Shown: in pieces, positions 21,891 to 32,294 of the stretch
Layout: the number at the start of each line of letters is the position of its first letter
Position numbering within the stretch: the first letter of the stretch is position 1
Source of the DNA: Epithemia pelagica
Taxonomy: Eukaryota; Protista; Bacillariophyta
Assembly: GCA_946965045.2 (NCBI GenBank)
Contig: OX337234.1
Span: 992,001 to 1,056,000 of the forward strand
Length of the DNA: 64,000 nucleotides
Direction: 5' to 3'
Translations under genes and position numbers: made by a program
The notes under the pieces: model-generated
Database searches by the model: none
What the model saw: the letters and a program-made list of their open reading frames with translations, nothing else
Told to the model about the DNA's origin: nothing

Positions 21891-23837
21891 TACAATGTCC
21901 CCCGACATCCGTGACTCGGGATGCTTGCCTCATATCAAAAGAATCTGTATCCAATATGATCATATCAGAACTATTGGTGTGTGATAACGCAATATGAAAA
22001 CGGTTGTTTTATCGCGACGATACTCTGAGAAGTCCAAAGATTTCGTACGTTTTGAGTCCATTACCGGAAGTTGCTGTGATTGCTGGAACAAAGCCAAAGA
22101 CGGAAACAAGATCGAAGTAGGGCCTTTCTCCTTTTTTTGATTGTGGAAGAATGAAGAATCCAGTGAGTGTGCGCCACTTGTTCCATCCGAGATGGACTCT
22201 CTTTTCAGACACGAATTGGAAGGGTGGAGTCCTGCAAGATAATATGGATGGCAGGCGCGCAACTGCAATAGCAGCATTGGGTCCGTTCTGAACTTGCCCC
22301 TCCTCTTATGTACTATTTACTACATACTGTTCTTATTAAATATATTGGCTGGGTGCCAGTGGCCATCTGGATCGAGAATATACTGGTTGGGCGTCCAATA
22401 TGTCTATCTTCATTGTCCGGCCCTACCGAGTTTGTCCACTCGGGGGACATTTGCGAATAAATCCCGAAATTTGAAATTTTGACGTTTTTTTGTGTACTTT
22501 AAGTAGTGTACTCGTACCAAGTACGAATACGAGCAACGAGCATGTGTGAGCGATGGGGGAGAAAAAAGTCTGAATTTTGTGAGTGTACGAGTAACGAGTA
22601 CTAAATCCCATAACCCGCCATAAATATCATAGAACGTACTCGTAATGCTGCAAAACGTTGTGACAGGTGACAGAACCAAACCCGATGACCAGATGCCAAT
22701 CGTTTGGCTGCTCCACCATTCGTATCATTATTAACTGTGACTTTTGAAAGCTCAAGACGAGACCCCTTCTTGTCTCTATGGCCATGCCTTGTCCATGCCC
22801 TTAGCACGCTGTCATGAACAAGCAAGAGAATCTGGATTGGGCCAGGTGGGATGCATTGCTGTGTGTGTCATGATATTCATCGGAATGTATAAAGGAGGTA
22901 AGTAGGATCCGTTCCAGTCTGCCGTCCATGGGTGTTTCTCTCCCTGAAAAACATGACGGACATGCTCACGATCATGAACCTGGTCATGCAATGGAGCTTG
23001 ACCATGGTCCTTGCCCGTGGGAATGTCCGTGGTGCTTTCCAAGGAGAAAAGGCGCTATCCACCACGTCGTTCTTCGTCCAGTCCCCTCCGTCAAAGCAAC
23101 ACAAACGTTTCTCCCCCTGGACCAAATCAACGTACAAAGTGAACCTGGTCCGGCAAGGACGATTGAGTTTATTCATTATTTCATGTTCGTTCGAGTTTCC
23201 GAGGTGTTTGGGGCCCATCAAGCATATTGGAGAGATGATACCGAGCATCGCGAGGCCTGCTCAGGATCCAGATCTTTTGACGTCTCCACATTTTTTTCAT
23301 CTTTACAGAAAACTTTTTCGTGGATGCCCACAATCACGAGCAAAGTGGACCAGGTTCATTTTTGCTGTTCGCAAATCCGTGCAGTCGTTGGCGAGTTGGG
23401 TCTCTTGCAGAGAAACGATTCATTCATACCTCTAGTAGACGACTTGGTAAGAGGAAACCGGAGTACGTGGTAGCTTGGTCAGCAATATTATGCGATGCTT
23501 GTGTCCGTTTTACTCCTCTGAACAAAACCATTTTGGACACTGACTGTTGTGTTGGAGCCACCTACGAGTACATGAGATATGATGCGTCATACTAAACAGG
23601 TGTCTGTGAGAGACATGTGACACTGACATGTAGAAATGATCCATCTCTCCCTTTTCAAGACCATGGTAGTCGAATTGTGAGTGTTTGAGATATTTGCTAT
23701 TTCTTTACGAAATGAATCTAGAACAAAACTAGTATCGAGAAGGCCAATCGGATTGTTTGGTCCTCGAGAAACATGTTGCCTCTTGACAACATTCAAGTGT
23801 CTGGGGACGACAGGTCCAACAAAACCTGGTGTGACCT

Positions 23838-24488
23838 TTACACAACCACCATGGGCAAGACAGTCTTGCTCTTCTTCTTCTCTCTACGTCCAGTCACAGC
23901 CATAATGACACACAAGAACATGGCTGCCACAGCGACACTGCCCACAATCATAGCTGGAACACCCTCCAGGACCAAGGCAGCGACACAGGCAGCACTAAAG
24001 CCGACAAAGACACCCAAGGCATAAAAATATTCCATATCTTCCCAAAATTCAAGCTCCTTGTCACCGCATTCTTGTTCTTGTTCTTGACGACGACTTCCAC
24101 TGCATGTTTGGTACATGGCGATTGCGGTAAACCAGAGGGCATATCCGACGGTGGTGGTAATCACACTTCGAATCAAGGCCATAATGGCACTGTCGCCAAT
24201 GGAATTGTGCACATGAGGGACCAAGGGAAGAATAAAGGCACCCACCGCAACGTAGCACACCAGGCCCATTGTGGCACCGGCGCAAACCTGCAAGCATGCT
24301 GGAAGAACGCGACGGAAGGCACTGCACAAGCTTTGGTTTTGAGAAGAGGAAGTGGAGGAGGAAGCAGAAGCAGAAGAAGAAGAGGGAGGCAACAGGGCAG
24401 CCGACAATTCTTCGTTCTCGGTAGTGGGTGGAGCGATCAAAGGAAGAGCAAAGCATACAGCCTTGGAAGTTCTGGAAGACGACGACAT
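23838..24488 (-). CDS. Small multi-pass membrane protein, paralog 1
   Basis: Likely start MSSSSRTSKAV (24488), by alignment with paralog 3; motif EFWEDMEYFY; C-terminus KTVLPMVVV. Confidence 0.75.
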   Translation of the reverse strand: MSSSSRTSKAVCFALPLIAPPTTENEELSAALLPPSSSSASASSSTSSSQNQSLCSAFRRVLPACLQVCAGATMGLVCYVAVGAFILPLVPHVHNSIGDSAIMALIRSVITTTVGYALWFTAIAMYQTCSGSRRQEQEQECGDKELEFWEDMEYFYALGVFVGFSAACVAALVLEGVPAMIVGSVAVAAMFLCVIMAVTGRREKKKSKTVLPMVVV

Positions 24489-25489
24489 GGTAATTTTGGT
24501 AGAGAAACGCGTGAAAGATTGATCTGAGTTCCTGGTTTCAATTTGCTTTGGCAGCGAATTCAATTTATGAGATGTGTCATGGAACAAACTCCACCAGTTC
24601 GATGCATCCATCCATCCATCGATCGGAGAGAGGGACTCGGGACTCCCCGCGCCTGGTTTGTGTGCGAGAAAATGCTTCCGCCATACATTCCCACAAGAAT
24701 GGGTTGGCGCGCCGAATTTCGGATGGTCATGGAATGGGCAATAGTAGGGCATATATTTGTAGGGATTCCCACATGGGAAAATCAATGCTGTTGGAAAGGA
24801 GACGCCAGGGATGATCGCCGCCGGCATGGATCCCGAACGTACTGCAATACAAGCACTTTAACAGAATCGACGATGGAACGCGGGCAGTCGCAGTCCGACG
24901 AGAATCGTGTTGAGATTTGCGATAAGACAAAATCATCTGATGCTCGTGAATGAAGCCAAGAAGAGAAAAGAGATACTTCATACTTCCGTTGTCGAACGGT
25001 TAGATCTTGCTTGATGTGAAGATACTTCTCCTATCTGTTAGTGGGTGGTGATGTTTGGAGCTAGGACCCTCCTTCTTGTACGACGAGTAGTTGTCTTGAA
25101 AAGAAAGGAAAGTTTTCCTTAATCAAGTAGGTAGATTGGTTCACATTTCACATCCATTCAAGTCTCCCTTTTCTAGTTTCTAACAAAGAGCTTGGAGTAG
25201 ATCAACTGTCTATGTAATACATCTAGACTTTAGGTCAAGAAGACAATCGTTGTTGCACTTGAGGGTGCCAATTCTCGTGCCGGCTCTAAATTCGTTTTGA
25301 TACCAACGAAGAAACAAAGCAGGAGATCCTGCGTCAATGGCATCTTGGGTGTGACTCCTCCCATGTTTGTAAAATGAATGGAGACCCCAATAATTTGGTT
25401 CTGGCTGCATCGCCGTCGCCGAGTGCGTTGACTTGGCAAACATTACCATTCTTCTTCTGAATCGAAGCACACAGATAATGCTCCCGTCC

Positions 25490-26197
25490 TTACACAGCCA
25501 CAAAAGGCAGAACAGTCTTGGTACTTGCCTGTCGTCGTCGGCTTTGCTTCATATTCATCCACCAGCCACACAGCATGGCCACGACAGATATACCCAAGAC
25601 CGCAAGAATGGGCGATCCTCCGACGAAAATGGACACAGACACCAGAACAAGGGTCGAAATAAAACCCGTGTGATAATAGTCTTCCATATCTTCCCAAAAC
25701 TGATTTTCCTCTTCTGTTTCTTCCTCTTTAGTGCCATTTACATAGTCGTTTTCAAGCTTCACATCATGGACGTCATGCAGTTGTTGGTTGACTTGTCGTC
25801 GTTTTCGACTCCACTTGCGATACAAGCCCATAACAATGAGCCAAATCGCACATGCCATCACTACGATGATTACAGTTTGAATGAGGACCAAAGCGAACCA
25901 GTGGGAGGCAAGTGCGGGGCTCACGATCGAGATCCAGGATGGGAAAAGGAGCATCACAAAGAAACAGATAATGCCCATGCTGACGCCGGCCAAGAACTGT
26001 AGAACTGCAGGTAGTATGTACTGCTGACAAGTATCGAGACTCTGGTTCCTTGTAGAAAATGAGGACTGGGGAGGCAACAAAGACATGGATAGTTCTCCGT
26101 TTGTGACAGCATTTGGAGAACTCAAGGGCAGGGCATAGAAGACATTCTCGGAAGGAGATGATGAAGAAACAGTAGATTTTGCATCGGCCATGTCCAT
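25490..26197 (-). CDS. Small multi-pass membrane protein, paralog 2
   Basis: Motif QFWEDMEDYY; C-terminus KTVLPFVAV; about 4-5 hydrophobic segments. Confidence 0.75.
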   Translation of the reverse strand: MDMADAKSTVSSSSPSENVFYALPLSSPNAVTNGELSMSLLPPQSSFSTRNQSLDTCQQYILPAVLQFLAGVSMGIICFFVMLLFPSWISIVSPALASHWFALVLIQTVIIVVMACAIWLIVMGLYRKWSRKRRQVNQQLHDVHDVKLENDYVNGTKEEETEEENQFWEDMEDYYHTGFISTLVLVSVSIFVGGSPILAVLGISVVAMLCGWWMNMKQSRRRQASTKTVLPFVAV

Positions 26198-27863
26198 GTT
26201 GAGAGATGTTGCCTTGGTTGCTTCAAGAAGTGTTGTTGTTGTCGTCTATTGCAGATCTTGAATTGTGGGAACAACAAAGCAAAAAGCAACATTAGTCTGG
26301 TTCTGGTGGATTGGTGGATGGTGATGGAAAATTATTGTGTCAACTGAAAGAGATGGATGGAAATGGAAGTGGACAAGAATGGGAATCGGGACTTCCTGGC
26401 CCCAAGCGGGTTTTAACTCGTACTCCACCCGGCTCGCTCTCCTAGGCTATTATTTAAGCTGATAAGTGTTTATGAGCTTTAGATTGGTTGGGATTGGGGG
26501 AACAAAATCGCCTGGCGGGTCATCTCTATACTCGTATGCGACAGTCTCACAAAACACCCCAACAGAAAAGATCCGCCTTCCAGTCAGCATCAAACACTGT
26601 GGGCTAGCATGCGCTGATTGACGACACCCAAGTCCAACTCCTGAGAAACGCCACGCTTATTCGTATATGCCTAGAAACCTCTCAAAGGATGTTTGAGAAG
26701 ATCTTCCAGGTCGGAAGGTCCACTCCGTTCGACTTGATTAGAGATCAGCAGCAGCAGAAACGGAGTGAGCATTGCCAGAGACATTCGATAGAAAATGCAT
26801 TATTTGATTATCGTGTGTATTGTGAGCAAAAATACTGAAATTCTTACATAACGCTGCCCATCCGTCATCGATGTTGAGCGTTGAAACCAAATTTGCTCTT
26901 TGAATGTCTCAGTTTCATTTTGTTTGATGGCAAAAAGATTGCGGGAAAAGAAGTGTCGTGTGAGGTGTGAGATCTTTTGTTCGTTCTGTTGTCGTACCAC
27001 GTTCAATTTCAAATGGGTACGGGTCAGTCAGTATTCTCATCAGAGCTGGAAATTGAAATTGGAATGGCTGTCCTCTTTCATCCGCCGAGGTTATCAACCA
27101 AGTTCATGCAAACGCGAAAATGGGAACCGATTTTCCCGATTGTTGCGCTTGTAACGTCAACTGGCCAGCCCTCTCATTCACGATGCGCGAGTAAGACTCT
27201 CGCCGACCAAACCGACCAACTTACTAGCCTTGTCCGTGCGCGTGCTGCTGACAATTCCCAACTTTCTTGCTTCTTCCTATCGATCAATAATATTGCGATT
27301 GTCGGAGAGACAAGATGCCAATCCTGGCAGTCACGAGTTGCAAGACCATTCAGCCGCAAGCGTGACAACAACGAGCGAAATCGGACTGGCCCCACGATAG
27401 AAACCCAACCAACATCCAATTGAACGGTTTCTATTCTTTCTACACGATTATAAAGATAACGGATACAGGTAAGGGAGCTGTAACAAAGAAGTAAGTCCCG
27501 ACCAAAAGACACGTTTTTGAAAGTGGCGTGTTTAGCTGGCGTGCGCATTACTCGCGCTCGAATGCGTGCCGGCGTTCTCTCCAACGCTAATCACTGTGTG
27601 TCTGTCTGTATGGATTCCAGTAGATGACGGAAGAATAACGGTAGAGAAGCGTTGAGTTTGAATTGCTTAGGAACGCGCTTGACAGGTTCCGCGCAAGTTC
27701 CGCCGCCGTCTCGTCGGATCGGTTTTACGGTCTGCGTATCGGTCCGTTTGTTCTCGCCCATCTCATTCGATTCACTCAAGCAATTGTCAATCAATCACAC
27801 AAGTTGCATTCAATCAGATTCGTGAACGCAATCTACAGTAATTCTTCTTCTTGACAACGCATC

Positions 27864-28466
27864 ATGTCTTCGGCCACTTCTACTTCCAAAGCTGTCTACA
27901 CTGCTGTTCCATTGCTCTCCAAGGACGCACACGAGGAACTCACTCAAGCCTTGTTGAATGAACCCACTCCGGAAAACCCTGATCACACATCTTCCGTTCC
28001 ATCATGTGGATGCTCTGGAATGCACTTTGTCATTGGGTCGGTGATGGGGGTCTTGTGCTACTCCACCATCCACACCATCATCTTGCCGTACCTTCCTAGC
28101 TGTGGCAACGCCTTTGCGGACAGTGCTATTTCGGCCTTGATCTGGAGTGCCATTACCACCGTTACAGCCTACTCTCTCTGGTTTGGTTTCATTGCGGTCT
28201 ACCGCTCATGCGCCGCCCGCCTCCCTGCGGAGATGACGGATGATGAATGCCAATTCTGGGAAGACATGGAATACTTTTATGCCGTGGGTGTGTTTTTGGG
28301 TTTCAGTACCTCCTGCATTGTCTCCTTGGCCTTGGTCGGAGTCCCCCCTCCCTATTTGCTTGCTGTCATTGTTTCGGCCTTTATCTGGTGCCGCATCATG
28401 GCTTGGATGGGAAAGCGCGACTTGCAGAAGCGAACCAAGACTGTCTTGCCCACCGTTGTTGTCTAA
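27864..28466 (+). CDS. Small multi-pass membrane protein, paralog 3
   Basis: Motif QFWEDMEYFY; C-terminus KTVLPTVVV. Confidence 0.75.
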   Translation: MSSATSTSKAVYTAVPLLSKDAHEELTQALLNEPTPENPDHTSSVPSCGCSGMHFVIGSVMGVLCYSTIHTIILPYLPSCGNAFADSAISALIWSAITTVTAYSLWFGFIAVYRSCAARLPAEMTDDECQFWEDMEYFYAVGVFLGFSTSCIVSLALVGVPPPYLLAVIVSAFIWCRIMAWMGKRDLQKRTKTVLPTVVV

Positions 28467-28968
28467 ACGAGACGTCGACCTTTTCTCTCAGGTGCTACCA
28501 GTGCATTTATTCTACCATGAGCAAAGATTGTGAAATGATCTCTGCTGTACTCTCATCTCTTTCAAAGTGTTGATACATTTTGCGAGTGAACCACTGAGAT
28601 AGTTACCTGATATTTTTCAATTTTTCAATTTAGATTTCCCACTCAAATCCATCTCCAGATAGTTTTAGACGAAGTTGAAAGACTCAAACGTTGGTTTCCG
28701 GAAGAAGGAAGAAGTCAGCGGTTCAATAGTTATACCGCACTGGTAGAGTATTTCCATCCATACTCCCATCTCCATCTTTACGTAATCCGGATAGAGCTAC
28801 TCCTACTCTAGAGCAAAGCCCCCGACTATCCCGACTATGTGTATAGCGTAGATTTTTCCAGCGTTCCCAGTTCCAATTGTCATTGAATCTTTAACGAAAT
28901 TGAGATTCTTCTGAGATGGGGAGTCATATCGAACGGACGCCCGGGCTCCAATAAACAAGGTTCTCACC

Positions 28969-29588
28969 ATGGTGCTGTTTCTGTTGTACATAAAGGCCGA
29001 GTTGGAGAATGTTGGAAGCGTGGCTCTCAAACGAGACGTGAATCTGTGTTTCAATGTTCGCAATCCTCTGTCGGACTTTGAAATCCGCGAAAAAGTGGTT
29101 CTGAATCCATCCGAAACGGTGGAACAAGAAGAAGGAGCACGAGAGCCGCCCCATCATTTCACATTAAAATGGGAGGGGAATAAAAAAGCCAGTTATAGTA
29201 TTGTGCTTACAGAGGCAGAAGTGAAGACGGCCCTCAAGAAGAAAAAGGGGGTCGAGGTTCCGCGAGAATACACGTCGGACGACTCGGGGAATTGGATTCC
29301 CATTTTGGCGGTGGATTGTCGGGGTTTGGAACCCTTTGGCTTTTTCCCCATGGGTGGTGAATTTGTTGTAAAAAGTACAGGAGGGAAACATTTCGATGAC
29401 GGGGAAATGGATTTTGGGGAAGGAGATTGGGCTGACTACGATGAAGAAAACGATGGTACGTCATATTAATGTATTGGGAACCAACACTACCTCGAAAGTA
29501 CTTTCTCTTTTTCCCCTGACTTCTGTTTCTTCATTCAAAAGAGCCCGTGTCCATGTCGGACATTGAGTTCAAATGGGAATCTGTGTGA
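28969..29588 (+). CDS. DUF866/UPF0587 (CZIB/C1orf123-like) protein; 2 exons (28969-29455, 29542-29588)
   Basis: LYIKAELENV, DCRGLEP and DWADYDE family motifs. GT-AG intron 29456-29541 restores the C-terminus DEPVSMSDIEFKWESV. Confidence 0.85.
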
Positions 29589-30210
29589 AAGCAACATATA
29601 TCATCATGATGAAAACCTGGACCCTTTGGACGAACGTCGCACGTGGGCACACTTCTTGCCACAAACATTCTTCTTGACATGATTTTGTTTCGAGTCACTT
29701 ATTCCAATGGACAAGTGAGATGGAATTGGTTCGAGATGGTCTCACCACAGTGTATCAGTCACGTTGAATCATAGTCATATCTGCGGTGATTAAGTTACCA
29801 GAGCGAGTATAGGATTGTTTAACGAGACCATAGCTTTAGTCAAGGGCCCGTGTGAGTTGCAGATAGGTCTTCGCAATTTACGAAAAGGTCATACTCGAAG
29901 GTCACTCATTCGTCCAGTATCAGAGCACTCATGATATTTGGATCCCCATTGAGCAGTTGCGATTTTTAAATTTTGAAGCCTTGGTTGACATTGTTCTCCG
30001 GACAATAAACCAGTTTGAAGAAAAAAGTGGATGATCCGAAGCAGCGTGATCCAGTACAGAGTCTTTTGCGTCTGCTTTCATTCGTAGGGCAATAGACTTT
30101 TGTGTGGTCGAGTACTTTGGTTTCTTTCTCTTTTACCGAGCATGCGTGTTTGTCGCACGTCCGTTGTTCTTGTTCTTGTGTGTGTTATTGTCGTCGTCTT
30201 TTTCGTTCGG

Positions 30211-31854
30211 TCAAATGACATTGCTGTCATTGAGTGCCACACAGGTCACGGCCGATTCATGTCCATGATATTGTCGTACCACTTCTCCACTGCGCAAATT
30301 CCACAAACGAGCAATTTGATCGCTACTGGCCGTGACCAAATAGGTGGAATCGGCACAAAAGGCGGCATCCCAAACCCACGACGACGACAATGATGATGAT
30401 GACGATGCCCCATGGGGAGAGGAAAAGGAGACGGAAGGATTGGCCGAGTGACCGACCCGTCGAGTAGGATTGGATCGAGACCGATTGGGATGGAGGGGTG
30501 GATACAAGTGCTGTTGTTGTTGTGGTGGTTGTGGTTGTGGCGCAGTGGTACTACTGTGCGGATGGGAATGCATCAAGGTGGCCGTCAATTCCCACGTGGT
30601 AGTATCCCATAATTTGGCCGTCCCATCACTGCTGGTGGTTACCAAATGACGACAATCGGGGGCAATTTTACCATGCAAACAATAGGTACCTGGAGCATGA
30701 GCCCGGAATTTGGTAATGGGACGCAACCAACCCAGGGCACTACTCGTAGGCGTATCCTCCTCGCCTCGTGTATCATCCTTGGTTTCGTCGGGTGGGTGTT
30801 CGGATTCCGCAGTAGCCGTAGCATTTGCCATGTCCTCGTTGCTGTGAGCATGATCCAGTGCACTGTCATGATTCAAATCCGTGGCGTGTGACTCATTGGC
30901 AGCATTCATGTCTCGTTTGGTGGAGTGGAGTGGAGGTGTTACTGCCGGTGTACTACTCGGATCCCAGACAAAGACCGTCCCATGATTGGAAATGGCCACC
31001 AAGGTACGAGAATCTTCTGAAACATCGACGGCTTGGATGGGTGCCGCACCTTCGGAATAAAACTGCGGTTGTTTACTAGTATTGTTGTTGGATCGATGAT
31101 GGTAGTTGTTGGAACTACTCGCACCCATTATGGAGGGTGACCAAACATCGGCATTGGAAGGTGACAAGGGGAGATTGCCTGCCAAGGGACGGAGGCTGTT
31201 GATACACCCTCGCTCCAAATGGTGATGCGACTGTGCCCCCGACCGACTGCTGCTGCTGCTCGTACTGCCAGTACTACCACTCGTGGTCCCCAATCGCAAA
31301 TCCCACACCTTGACGCATCCGGCTTGATCGCCCGAAATGAATTCATCCTTATCGGTACGGAGCGTGACAGAATTGACCGCCGCACCGACACGAAAACTGG
31401 CACAGGCATGAGGATTGCGCAAATCCCACACCTTGATGGTCCCATCTTCACTGGACGAGTACAAGTATCGACCTTCCTTTTGAAACCCAATACATGTCAC
31501 ATTTCCAGCATGACCTTCCAGTGTCAAGACAGCTGCTTGCTGCGGATGAGGTGGATTGGGAGTTGTCGTGGTTCCTCCTCCTCCTCCTTGGGATGGTTGT
31601 GGTGGCTGTGATTGGGAGGAAGGATTGGTTCCAGCCGCAGCGGCAGCTGCTGCAGCAGCAGCCGCATCACCCACCACTTCATAGACGCGAATCGCTGGAT
31701 TTCCGGCCGCGGCAATGAATTGCTTGTCGGGACTAATTTCCAATCGATTCACTTGACTGTCGGAAAATTTGAGAATGCGACTGCATCGACCCGAGGGTGC
31801 CTCCCAAAATCGTAATTTGTGATCGTACCCCGCCGTGGCCAAGACCACGCTCAT
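30211..31854 (-). CDS. LST8: TOR complex subunit LST8 (WD40)
   Basis: MSVVLATAGYDHKLRFWEA, SQVNRLEISPDK, WVWDAAF and YLVTASSD are characteristic of LST8. Confidence 0.9.
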   Translation of the reverse strand: MSVVLATAGYDHKLRFWEAPSGRCSRILKFSDSQVNRLEISPDKQFIAAAGNPAIRVYEVVGDAAAAAAAAAAAGTNPSSQSQPPQPSQGGGGGTTTTPNPPHPQQAAVLTLEGHAGNVTCIGFQKEGRYLYSSSEDGTIKVWDLRNPHACASFRVGAAVNSVTLRTDKDEFISGDQAGCVKVWDLRLGTTSGSTGSTSSSSSRSGAQSHHHLERGCINSLRPLAGNLPLSPSNADVWSPSIMGASSSNNYHHRSNNNTSKQPQFYSEGAAPIQAVDVSEDSRTLVAISNHGTVFVWDPSSTPAVTPPLHSTKRDMNAANESHATDLNHDSALDHAHSNEDMANATATAESEHPPDETKDDTRGEEDTPTSSALGWLRPITKFRAHAPGTYCLHGKIAPDCRHLVTTSSDGTAKLWDTTTWELTATLMHSHPHSSTTAPQPQPPQQQQHLYPPLHPNRSRSNPTRRVGHSANPSVSFSSPHGASSSSSLSSSWVWDAAFCADSTYLVTASSDQIARLWNLRSGEVVRQYHGHESAVTCVALNDSNVI

Positions 31855-32294
31855 GATACTTGTAGAGCTTTGGAGGTTCACAGGAATCAAGTGCGGAGAG
31901 ACAGAAGAAACTCCCTTGTTCTGGAATCTTTCTGTGGCCGCTTAATTCCTTCTTCCTATTGTGGCGGTTTGAGTCTCGGAACACACAAACCGAGGAAGAA
32001 CTACCGTTGTTTCGGCCTTGTCACACAGTCGGTGTCTCCCTCCTCCTATTATCAAGAGAACAGCAATGTAATCAACAACAAAGCGGAAGAGATGGATGTA
32101 TGGTATATGCAGAAAATGGTGGGAAGCTCTTCTTGTCGTGTCTCGCCGTCTTCTCTCGTCAATCAAAGATTCCACAGGATTTATGGATGTCACACGTCTG
32201 GGTGGTGGGGCTTCTTGTCGATTGTTTCAATATAATCGCTGAGTAGTACAAAATAAGTCGTAAATGTTTTCATCAATATAAAGTCACTCTCCAG

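Larger units (their letters stand above)
13812..22647 (+). mobile_element. Complete 8.8-kb DNA transposon with RAG1/Transib-like (CMC-related) transposase and a second, convergent ORF
   Basis: 9-bp terminal inverted repeat CATTACGAG (13812-13820) / CTCGTAATG (22639-22647). The left end is confirmed by the second copy at 3271. CT flanks both ends (possible 2-bp TSD). Confidence 0.8.

Noticed and set aside
26200-27860. Short ORFs between the membrane-protein paralogs
   Set aside because: No motifs or paralogy; most likely a divergent promoter or intergenic region.
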